Part shown: positions 24,495 to 32,122 of the stretch, piece after piece
How the letters are laid out: the number at the start of each line of letters is the position of its first letter
Numbering within the stretch: position 1 is the first letter of the stretch
Virus record (IMG/VR): IMGVR_UViG_3300005326_000098
Span: 1 to 32,122 of that record
Strand: one strand, 5' to 3'
Source: a virus
Taxonomy: Duplodnaviria > Caudoviricetes
Length of the DNA: 32,122 nucleotides
Notes under the pieces: model-generated
Seen by the model: the letters and a program-made list of their open reading frames with translations, nothing else
Told to the model about the DNA's origin: nothing
The model's database searches: none
Position numbers and translations under genes: made by a program

Positions 24495-25865
24495 CTAATC
24501 CCTAAATTGACGTGACGCTTGGAACTGTTCGATTACAGGGTGTTCAACATCCCCCATCAGGTCGTATATCGTGCAATACTCCTTGGGGATGTTGACGACG
24601 TTTATCTTCTTTTTGTAAGACTCCAACATGTATTGCAGCGTGAGTTGTTCTACACGGTGTGGGGTGGCAGCAGTGGCCGCTACCCAGTCCTGCAACATGG
24701 TTATGGTGCGTTTGTTGTAAGACAGGTACATGACTGCACTGTCAAGTTCTTTCTGATTGCGGCGGTTGTTGGAGTGGGTGGACCAGTCGATGTAGTGGAC
24801 ACCCACATCCCCTTTGAAGTTCACGAACAAATGGGGGTAGGAGTTGACAATGGAGTCAGCGTCCAACCACAGTATGTCACGTTTGTGTTCCAGCAGTTTG
24901 TCCAACATGAACTGGGGTTTGTGCTGCACCATATGCAACCAATCCCCTGTTTTTTCTACGTGTGTGAGTTCGACTTCAAACCCAAACCGCTGTATGCTCG
25001 CCTTCATCCTATGTGCAATGGTGGAGTATTTGTCTGTGTAAAAGTTAACGACGATGGGGTATTTGTGTTTCTTGACTTTTTCTGCTGTGATAGTCGATTT
25101 ACGAAACACATTGAGGGAGGAGGCAGGGTTGAGGTTTACAATGTCAGTGTGAAGTTCAGCCACTGCGTCCGCCGCTTCCCTCCACTCCTCTTTAAACAGG
25201 GTATACACACCCCCCTGCTGCCCGTCTTGGTCACCATAGCCATTATGCCACCACACCTTCTTTTTGTCCTGTGTAGGGGTCATGTCAAAGCCAAGGATGT
25301 AGATGGGGTTGGCCCCCAGTGCAAAGGCAAGGTTGATGGCTGCGTAACCTGTATTGCTGCCCCACCTCAACCCATCCGCCAGGTTGGTGTGAAAGGGTTT
25401 GAGGGTGGGGTTGTTCTTGAGGAAGAAGCACTCATCGGACGGTACCAAATGTGAGTTTGTGGGGAAGTAGGCCCAGCACTTCACCCCATCGTATGCGTTA
25501 TACTTTGTAAGTGTGTTTTCACCCAGTTTACCCGTAGTCACCCACCCCCAAAACCGCTCATCCATTGCAAGCAGGATAGTAGGGTCACACACCTCAAACG
25601 CCCGGTTAATACCAATGACAAGTTCCCCCTTGAGTATGGACATGTCAAAGTCTTTGAGGGATGGTCCACCCCCCACCACCCAACACCTACGCCCACCCCA
25701 ACTGTTGGAAGGGAGGATGGAGTGGAGGTAGCGAAGTTGGGTTTCATACTCGTGCAGTACGTCGTCTTTTGTGGCAGGAGATGGGGTAGAGACAGGAATA
25801 GTAACTCCCTGCATTTTTCTCCGTCTTACATCTGCCATTGTCAGTACACCCATCTCCATCTCCAT
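24495..25865 (-). CDS. Two-domain glycosyltransferase: Maf/DUF115 (sialyltransferase-like) N-domain plus DxD nucleotide-diphospho-sugar transferase C-domain
   Basis: VVGGGPSL...IGIN, SNTGYAAINLA..LGA..IYILGFD; C-domain KPQFM...ILWLDADS. Confidence 0.8.
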   Translation of the reverse strand: MEMEMGVLTMADVRRRKMQGVTIPVSTPSPATKDDVLHEYETQLRYLHSILPSNSWGGRRCWVVGGGPSLKDFDMSILKGELVIGINRAFEVCDPTILLAMDERFWGWVTTGKLGENTLTKYNAYDGVKCWAYFPTNSHLVPSDECFFLKNNPTLKPFHTNLADGLRWGSNTGYAAINLAFALGANPIYILGFDMTPTQDKKKVWWHNGYGDQDGQQGGVYTLFKEEWREAADAVAELHTDIVNLNPASSLNVFRKSTITAEKVKKHKYPIVVNFYTDKYSTIAHRMKASIQRFGFEVELTHVEKTGDWLHMVQHKPQFMLDKLLEHKRDILWLDADSIVNSYPHLFVNFKGDVGVHYIDWSTHSNNRRNQKELDSAVMYLSYNKRTITMLQDWVAATAATPHRVEQLTLQYMLESYKKKINVVNIPKEYCTIYDLMGDVEHPVIEQFQASRQFRD

Positions 25866-25887
25866 TGGTTACTGTTAATGTTATTGT

Positions 25888-25925
25888 TACTGGGTGGGGT
25901 AGGGGGAGGCTAACCCCACCCAGTA
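25888..25925. promoter_or_regulatory. 13-bp hairpin between the major capsid gene and the GT cluster
   Basis: TACTGGGTGGGGT-N12-ACCCCACCCAGTA. Confidence 0.65.
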
Positions 25926-25957
25926 CTACCCTCTTCCCCTACCTAAGTTCGGCTGGG

Positions 25958-26959
25958 TTACGAGGTCTTGCACCTACTGATCTGTTTCGTCTCAGCAATA
26001 GCCCCACCATACCGCATCCACCCCACAACCGTGTCAGTGTATGACAGAATATCAGTCATACCCATCAGGGTCAGGTTCATCCTATACCCACCCTTGATCT
26101 TACCCTTGGGGATCATGACATAGTAGTCAGTAGTGGAGGTAAGCATGAGAGTGAATACCGGCTGGATGTTGTAAGCAATGCGATTGGGGGAACCTGCCAT
26201 AGCCTGTTGGTAGTAGGCAAGGGCACGGGTGATTCGACCCCTCAGTGCTTCCGGTGCAAGGAGAATGAAGGTTGACTGCGGGTTCACCCCCATCCCCAAA
26301 TCTTTCAGCCGTGTGATGATGGCAAGACACGCTGCATTGATCGTGTTGGCGTCCCTAATTGGTATGTAGCTGTCAGATGTGGCCGGAATAGACCCATCCA
26401 CCGCCGTCCACGACACGTCGTAGGTGGCAGCCACAGCCTCAATGAGGTCGTAGAAGTCCTGGGCGCGGGACTGGTAGGCGACGTTGCGGAACTGGATGGC
26501 ATTGTCTTCCAGCGTCCAATACTGCTTGTCGTCCAACAGCAGCTTGTTCCAACTCAACCCACCCCCATACATGTCGAAACTAACCGACACCTTTGACCCC
26601 GACATTTTGTACACTTTCGCCTTCCCACCAGGTTTAACCAGGGAGAAGGTGAGGCCTGAGCTTACGTCCAAAATGTCAAAGCCGGAAAGATTGGTGCCCG
26701 TGAAGTCACGTATGTCGAAGATGAGTTCATACCCCATGTCGTAATACGGGGTTTGGTTGAAGCGGTCCAGAACAGGCAAGATTTCGGCGGGAAAGTCACC
26801 TTTATACCCGAACGCTTGCAGTCTGGCACGAAACGCCTGTACGTCTTTGTCCATATCAGGCGCATACATAAACGCCTGCAACGCCCCCCACATTTTCAAA
26901 ATGTCGGTAGGGTTGGAGGGGTTGATGGCAGCCCAGTTGTTAATAATTCTTCCCTTCAT
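25958..26959 (-). CDS. Major capsid protein
   Basis: 333 aa; follows scaffold and cement genes; ILLAPEAL and VGWMRYGG HK97-fold-type motifs. Confidence 0.8.
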   Translation of the reverse strand: MKGRIINNWAAINPSNPTDILKMWGALQAFMYAPDMDKDVQAFRARLQAFGYKGDFPAEILPVLDRFNQTPYYDMGYELIFDIRDFTGTNLSGFDILDVSSGLTFSLVKPGGKAKVYKMSGSKVSVSFDMYGGGLSWNKLLLDDKQYWTLEDNAIQFRNVAYQSRAQDFYDLIEAVAATYDVSWTAVDGSIPATSDSYIPIRDANTINAACLAIITRLKDLGMGVNPQSTFILLAPEALRGRITRALAYYQQAMAGSPNRIAYNIQPVFTLMLTSTTDYYVMIPKGKIKGGYRMNLTLMGMTDILSYTDTVVGWMRYGGAIAETKQISRCKTS

Positions 26960-26990
26960 AGCAGTAGTCCTTGTCCTTTCCGGTTACGGG

Positions 26991-27368
26991 TTAGGCTACG
27001 ATGCAGAGAGTGCCGTCGAAGTTGATCTCGACTGCCTCTGCCCCGACTGCGGGTTGGACATTGACCGTACCACACAGGTAGTTGCCAGAAGACGACTCAT
27101 TGACTTCAGCATCCGCCACATCGTAGTACACTTTCGACCCCTGGGTAAACGCACCCGATGTCACCGCCACACACGGCACAACTGCCTTCTCGCATTTCGT
27201 GACAGCGGTTACCTCTTCCCCAGAATCCACCGTTTCGGCTATGATAACCACCTGATCCCCGATAAGAACCAGGTCACCAGCAGTGTAACCGGCACTGGGT
27301 GCCGTTACCTCTATTTCCTGGTAGATGGGGGAGCGGAGTTTAAACAGAGTTTCAGCAAGATTGCTCAT
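26991..27368 (-). CDS. Capsid cement/decoration protein (DUF2190-like; start revised to ATG 27368)
   Basis: APSAGYTAGDLVLIG and FTQGSKVYYD motifs; RBS GAAGGAG. Confidence 0.75.
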   Translation of the reverse strand: MSNLAETLFKLRSPIYQEIEVTAPSAGYTAGDLVLIGDQVVIIAETVDSGEEVTAVTKCEKAVVPCVAVTSGAFTQGSKVYYDVADAEVNESSSGNYLCGTVNVQPAVGAEAVEINFDGTLCIVA

Positions 27369-27437
27369 ACAAACTACTCCTTCTTCTTCTTCTTCGTACA
27401 ATGCCCCATACCCTGACCGTAATGGTTGGCAGGGGTG

Positions 27438-28610
27438 TTATGTGTTCTTCCCCGGCGTGATGGGCTGGGGGATGAAGTCGTTCTTGGCAGGGTCGAGCAC
27501 GTCAGCTTTCAGGCCACTTTCCGATCCCGGCAAAACCGGGGGGTCACTGGGTTTGGTATCCCCAGGTTTACTATCGCCGGGTTTAATGTCATCGACCTTT
27601 ATCCCAAACATTTCCGCATACGACTTGTATTCAGTGAGTTGGGTGTCGATGAAGGTGTTCAGGTCAGTATCCACCGCTTTATCAGTTGTGGCTTCCGACT
27701 TGAACTGTCCCCAGTTCTTCTCAGCAAACTTCTTCTGCTGGTCAGAAAGTTTACGCTCCCCCATGAGAGACGAAAAACGGTCTTTGGACTTGTAACGGGT
27801 AATATCCATATCCCGCTTCTTCAACTCGTCGGCATGGGTGTTCTTCAACGTGGACACTTCATTCCGTAACGATGTGTTTTCTGTCTCCACCCGTTTGGCA
27901 TGGTTGTACGTGTCCTTGTTCGTTTCCTTGATCTGGGCCTCCACCTTTTTATCGACGAGTACTTCATCCACGGTAAAGAGGTCGGTTACACCCAGTTTCA
28001 ATTCCACGATTGCAGCCTTTACTTCTGCTAATGTCATGCTTTCCCCCTGGTTTGCGAATGCTTGGACTGTCCCAAGCAACGTGGCACCAGGAAACCCTGG
28101 GGTAGCCACGGCGCTATTCCCCAACGCAATCCCGGTGATTTTGTCAATAAGCGATGGTGTAAGCACCGTACCGTCACTGTCAAAACCCATATCAGCTTCG
28201 ATACTCGCCACATCCAACGGGTGATTTTTGTACTGCGGTTTTAAATACACTGCAACTATGCTATACACCTTATCCCCGACATTCTTCAACGTCTTCCCCA
28301 CCACCTCCCCCAACTGTTCACGGTTGGCAGTGCTGTTGGAGGTGGGGTTGTGACCGTTGAAGATGGGGGTGCCTACTGCAATTTTGTTATAGAGTTCCCC
28401 CACCATCTCCTTCACCCACCTTACCACGCGTTTCCCCATACCGACAAGGTGGAAGGTGTGGTCACCCTCATGCCCTACTGCATAGGCTTTGATGATGGGG
28501 TTGGGGTCGGTTTGTTTGATTGAGGCAAGGCGTAGGGGGTCAATCATCCCCTTTATCTCTTCCCCGTCTATATTCCCCTGTAACTGTGCTTGCAGGTATA
28601 TTCTATTCAT
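27438..28610 (-). CDS. Prohead protease-scaffold fusion
   Basis: N-domain PIFNGH...GEVV...ASIE...GIAL...PGF; C-terminal coiled coil and Pro-rich tail; follows portal. Confidence 0.7.
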   Translation of the reverse strand: MNRIYLQAQLQGNIDGEEIKGMIDPLRLASIKQTDPNPIIKAYAVGHEGDHTFHLVGMGKRVVRWVKEMVGELYNKIAVGTPIFNGHNPTSNSTANREQLGEVVGKTLKNVGDKVYSIVAVYLKPQYKNHPLDVASIEADMGFDSDGTVLTPSLIDKITGIALGNSAVATPGFPGATLLGTVQAFANQGESMTLAEVKAAIVELKLGVTDLFTVDEVLVDKKVEAQIKETNKDTYNHAKRVETENTSLRNEVSTLKNTHADELKKRDMDITRYKSKDRFSSLMGERKLSDQQKKFAEKNWGQFKSEATTDKAVDTDLNTFIDTQLTEYKSYAEMFGIKVDDIKPGDSKPGDTKPSDPPVLPGSESGLKADVLDPAKNDFIPQPITPGKNT

Positions 28611-30015
28611 TGTTGATGCCTCTGTTCTGCTGTCCCCCGGTTTTGGTGTTGGTGGGGGTGTTGGTAGACTCCTTCTTATTCATCTTCAACAGTTCCAGTT
28701 CCTTCCTGTGCTTCTCATCCATCTCCTCCTTCACCCTTCTTTCCACTTCCTCCCTGTCTATCTCTGGTACGTGGGAGAGGAAGGTGGTGAGGTCTATGAC
28801 TTCCGCTTCTTTCAACGGTAACCACACGTCTTTTAATTCCCGGAGTTTTTCTGCTGAGATGAAGGGGATGTGGGCGGAGATGCAGTCAGGATTAAAGCCA
28901 AGGTTAAAGGTGGCGTTGGCCTTCGCCAGTACTTTTTTAAACAGTTGGTCATACACCCCCACCCACACCCCTTTTTCCTCATTGGTGTTGATGACGAGGC
29001 TTTCCATGAGTGTGTCGGCGGTGGAACGGTTGGAGAGAAGGTCGGGGTAGCCCAAGAGGTGAGGGGGAACGCCGGTTATACCTGATATTGCCTTTACATG
29101 TGTCTCCACCTCGTCTTTGGTGGACGCATACCCCTCCCCCTTACTACCTATCAATTCAAAATCCGCCGTAGACACAAACGCCTTGCCAATCCGCCAATTC
29201 TTCCCCCTTATCCAATCCCACACCAACGACGCTTCCACCCTGTCCTTGGCTTTGAAGTAGGGGGTGGGGGAGGCGTAGAGGTGGTTGATCTTTCTCCAAT
29301 CCCACAACGCCTTATCCAAATCCTCAATGTTACGCAGTGCCAATGCCACCTTTGACGGGGTTTCGTCTACCTGATTCCCCAACCCCCCAAACCTTGCAAA
29401 CACAAAGTCAGCCTCCCCCCAGTCAAATGGGTCAGTGCCTTCGTATATGGCTTTGGTGTAGTGGAAGGGGTCGTAGTTGGCCTTGTCCCAGGTGATTTTG
29501 TATGACTTTTCCCGGTATGGTATGAGGATGGTGCGTATAGTGTTGTTGGTGGAAGGTAGGAGGTGGATGAGGGCTTTGCCTTCTATCTCCACCTCCCTTG
29601 CCCATGCACGGGGGAGGATGGTGTCGAGATTGTTATATCGTATGAAGTCTTTTATGTAGGCGAGTTCACGTTTTACTTCTTCCGGTTTGTACTGGGGTAG
29701 GGCAAATGGTAACACCCCCGCCCCTATGATAAATGCAGCCCGTGTGTCGATGATGGCGCGGGTGGTCCCACACCCCCAGGCATCCGACCCCTCATACTTT
29801 TTCTTTAAGGCGTCGATCTTGCCCTGGTAGGTGGTGTAGGGGTTGCCAGTGTAGTGGGTGGAGGAGGTGGTGGTGTAGTAGGTAAGGACATCCCCATCAG
29901 TCAACGCCTGTAGGGACACCATGAGGTTTTTGTTGATGGATTCTTGTTCTTGAAGTCGTTGGTTGAGGGAGATAGAGTCGAACAACCCCCTCAACCATGT
30001 GGCTGGGTTTTGCAT
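28603..30015 (-). CDS. Portal protein (start revised to ATG 30015)
   Basis: ISGITGVPPHLLG...SNRSTA motif; 470 aa; RBS GGGGGAG; synteny. Confidence 0.85.
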   Translation of the reverse strand: MQNPATWLRGLFDSISLNQRLQEQESINKNLMVSLQALTDGDVLTYYTTTSSTHYTGNPYTTYQGKIDALKKKYEGSDAWGCGTTRAIIDTRAAFIIGAGVLPFALPQYKPEEVKRELAYIKDFIRYNNLDTILPRAWAREVEIEGKALIHLLPSTNNTIRTILIPYREKSYKITWDKANYDPFHYTKAIYEGTDPFDWGEADFVFARFGGLGNQVDETPSKVALALRNIEDLDKALWDWRKINHLYASPTPYFKAKDRVEASLVWDWIRGKNWRIGKAFVSTADFELIGSKGEGYASTKDEVETHVKAISGITGVPPHLLGYPDLLSNRSTADTLMESLVINTNEEKGVWVGVYDQLFKKVLAKANATFNLGFNPDCISAHIPFISAEKLRELKDVWLPLKEAEVIDLTTFLSHVPEIDREEVERRVKEEMDEKHRKELELLKMNKKESTNTPTNTKTGGQQNRGINNE

Positions 30016-30069
30016 GAAACTCCCCCGAATTTGCACAAATGCATCAGGACCAAATGCAATTCAGGGGGC

Positions 30070-30099
30070 AATCTAAACATAACGTAGGTGTATTGTCAA
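30070..30099 (-). promoter_or_regulatory. Sigma70-type promoter candidate for the head operon, TTGACA-N18-TAGATT
   Basis: -35 at 30099-30094 and -10 at 30075-30070 in the intergenic gap above portal. Confidence 0.6.
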
Positions 30100-30144
30100 G
30101 GCACATTTTGTGGCGTCTACTGTGGACTATACAACCTATTGTGG
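30098..30144. promoter_or_regulatory. Tandem NrdR-box-like sites (30098-30113 and 30129-30144)
   Basis: ATACAACCTATTGTGG matches acaCwAtATaTwGtgt at 12/16; AAGGCACATTTTGTGG at 9/16; 31 bp apart. Confidence 0.45.
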
Positions 30145-30408
30145 TCACTCATCCAACTTCATATCCACCAGTAGTGTGTTGGCTATATCACGAATACTTT
30201 GTATATGTGCAATCATTGTGGGAGAAATTTTTTGATTAATTTCCCTCCTTCTCCCCTCTAAATGTGAGTAGGTTTCCAGTGTGGTAAACTTCTCACCACA
30301 CCTATTGCAGAGATAACGGCGTCGGCGTTGGGGTTGGTCTTTTACCAGTCGGGTGTCCAACACCTTTAACTCTGACTCCCCCCTTGCTCCACATTCAGGA
30401 CATACCAT
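30145..30408 (-). CDS. NrdR-type zinc-ribbon protein lacking the ATP-cone (start revised to ATG 30408, 87 aa)
   Basis: MVCPECG...KVLDTR...RRRRYLCNRCGEKFTTLE; RBS GGGGGAG. Confidence 0.8.
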   Translation of the reverse strand: MVCPECGARGESELKVLDTRLVKDQPQRRRRYLCNRCGEKFTTLETYSHLEGRRREINQKISPTMIAHIQSIRDIANTLLVDMKLDE

Positions 30409-30437
30409 AACTCCCCCCACTGTTACTGTTGTTGTTG

Positions 30438-31976
30438 TTATTCTGGTGTAACATCCACATTGTCGTCTGTCATAAACGCTCCACCCCCTGTCTCCCTGAT
30501 AAACTGGCACACAAACAGTCGGGTGTCGTCCATTGTGTGATCTGACTCTTTTACTATCTTGCTTTCAAACTCATTTATTTTCTTCCGTCTGTACTGTGTA
30601 TACTCCCTTCTATTGTCAAGACAGGAGTAGTGGACCCCGATCTTAGGTGACCCCAGTACCGGATGTAAAGCGTTCTTTACCGCCTCCACTCCTGTATCCA
30701 CATCCCGGTCTTCATGGGGGTGGAAGGCGATGTTGCGATTTTCAGCATAGAACGTATCCTCCCACTCCGCTATAAGGTCCGCCCGTGCAGGGTCGGCGGT
30801 GTACTGGGTTATGTTCTTCCACCACGACTTCTGTTTGCAAATGGAGAGGAGGATGTGGTTGGTGGCAGGACGCCCTACTGGGGACAAAAACACCTCTGCC
30901 ACCCTCACCCATCGTGCTATGTCTTGAAAGTATTGCCACACCCCCACGGAAAATGGGTTGACCCCGCCCCAGTCAATACTCAGTGTTACAGGTAAAGCCG
31001 CATTGAACTTAGGCATCCCCTTAACATGTCTCTCTTCATCCCACTCCTCTTCATACACCAAATCACCAAACCCCACCTTTATGCAAAACCACTCCCGCAT
31101 GAGTACAGACATGGATAGGGTTTGGAGTTTTTGGATAAGGTCTTTGACAGGGTAATAGCCGTCAGCCTGTTTCATGTGGGGGCCTGGACACCACGGGGTA
31201 AGGGGGCAAGTCGAACAGGAATAGTCCTTACAGGCTGCGAGTATTTCCCAGCAGCAATATTTGTAAATGGCAGTATTCTGTTCTTTCGACTTTGCCAGGG
31301 CTCTATCCATCGTCCCACCAATATTGTGGTTGGTGGAAAACAGCCATAGGGAGGAGTTGTGGCCATACTTGGACACCGGTTGGGACAGGGCTGCCTGGTA
31401 CACATCGTCGTCTATTTCGTCTACTTCATCCAGTTTCAGGCATTGTGGATGGGGTCCACGTACAGACTTTTGACTGGCAGTGAGGATCGACACTTCCGAT
31501 CCGTTTTGCCATTCGGTTTTTGACAACATCTTCCTCAACCTTCCCCCACGGCTTTCCCTGCCTAGCAACTCTTCCTCCAACCCTGATATACGCCAAAAGT
31601 CATCCATAGCCTTGTAGGATAGCATAGACTGGTTTTCACTCCCCCCTAGCAGCCGTGTCTCATACTTTTTGTTGTAACAGGCTTTATACCACGTATCCAA
31701 CCCCCCGAAAAGATATGTCTTGGATCCGGCCCTATTAGTCCACACCACCCCACTCTCCACCCTGCCAGTTAGCATGTCAGCCACCACGTCAAACTGAGCA
31801 CAGTGGTCTTGCTGGGCGCAGTTGTGTTTGGTGCCAATCTTAGGCTCCTTCAGGGCAAGAAGAAACTCCTGCACGTCTAAGTTGGTGTGTAGGCCGTGGG
31901 TGATGTGATGACGTATTATTTCGCGCCGTATGAGGTCTTGGGCTGTGTCACTGAGATTCAACTGTAGTTTCCCCAT
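30438..31976 (-). CDS. terL: Terminase large subunit (start revised to ATG 31976)
   Basis: Walker A NRAGSKT, Walker B LKLDEVD, RNase H-like SIDWG and DHTMDDTR. Confidence 0.9.
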   Translation of the reverse strand: MGKLQLNLSDTAQDLIRREIIRHHITHGLHTNLDVQEFLLALKEPKIGTKHNCAQQDHCAQFDVVADMLTGRVESGVVWTNRAGSKTYLFGGLDTWYKACYNKKYETRLLGGSENQSMLSYKAMDDFWRISGLEEELLGRESRGGRLRKMLSKTEWQNGSEVSILTASQKSVRGPHPQCLKLDEVDEIDDDVYQAALSQPVSKYGHNSSLWLFSTNHNIGGTMDRALAKSKEQNTAIYKYCCWEILAACKDYSCSTCPLTPWCPGPHMKQADGYYPVKDLIQKLQTLSMSVLMREWFCIKVGFGDLVYEEEWDEERHVKGMPKFNAALPVTLSIDWGGVNPFSVGVWQYFQDIARWVRVAEVFLSPVGRPATNHILLSICKQKSWWKNITQYTADPARADLIAEWEDTFYAENRNIAFHPHEDRDVDTGVEAVKNALHPVLGSPKIGVHYSCLDNRREYTQYRRKKINEFESKIVKESDHTMDDTRLFVCQFIRETGGGAFMTDDNVDVTPE

Positions 31977-32122
31977 CCTCTCTCGCTTGACACCCCTGAT
32001 TCGTGCAGGGGTAGTGATCCTGGTTATTCTCCCCGCCATTATAGTACCCGAGGTCGTGACAGACCAGGCACTCCTCTGCGGCTCTCTCATCGTCATCGGG
32101 GATATGCACCCCGATGGTTTCA
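31948..32122 (-). CDS. 3' end of an upstream gene with a zinc-finger-like C-terminus (…ECLVCHDLGYY…YPCTNQGCQ…)
   Basis: Manually translated open frame from the window edge to TGA at 31948; CxxC...CxxxxC. Confidence 0.55.
   Translation of the reverse strand, partial: ETIGVHIPDDDERAAEECLVCHDLGYYNGGENNQDHYPCTNQGCQAREDGETTVESQ

Noticed and set aside
21281-25865. DNA hypermodification cluster
   Set aside because: No base-modifying partner enzymes recognised, and the genes lie in the late head operon; disfavoured but not excluded
403-31483. Numerous plus-strand ORFs, including 24519-25454 (311 aa) and 26757-27416 (219 aa)
   Set aside because: Antisense shadows of well-supported minus-strand genes; no recognisable motifs
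31977-32096. 40-aa N-terminal extension of the terminase ORF
   Set aside because: Overlaps a more protein-like upstream frame with a zinc-finger motif; ATG 31976 is the better start

Overview
A tailed (siphovirus-like) phage genome segment with essentially all genes on the minus strand. From right to left it contains: terminase large subunit, an NrdR-type zinc-ribbon protein, portal, protease/scaffold, capsid cement, major capsid, a ~9 kb insert, head-tail joining genes, tail tube, a tail chaperone pair with an in-phase -1 slippery site, tape measure, lambda M/L/K/I-J-like tail tip, tail fibre, an M15 endolysin, a ~1.1 kb non-coding control region and an AT-rich cluster of small early-type genes. 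The most notable feature is the insert in the head operon. It encodes three glycosyltransferase-like proteins, a SAM methyltransferase and a radical SAM enzyme, directly followed by three signal-peptide-bearing, virion-fibre-like proteins. The largest of these is strongly enriched in D-S/T motifs (22 of 33 Asp), the O-glycosylation sequon known from Bacteroidota. This suggests phage glycoproteins that mature in the periplasm. Other highlights: tandem NrdR-box-like sites 31 bp apart at the portal promoter beside the NrdR-like gene, an FN3 domain apparently split between two tail genes, a candidate opposite-strand sRNA, and a repeated hairpin element between early genes. All calls come from manual motif reading and synteny; no database search was run.
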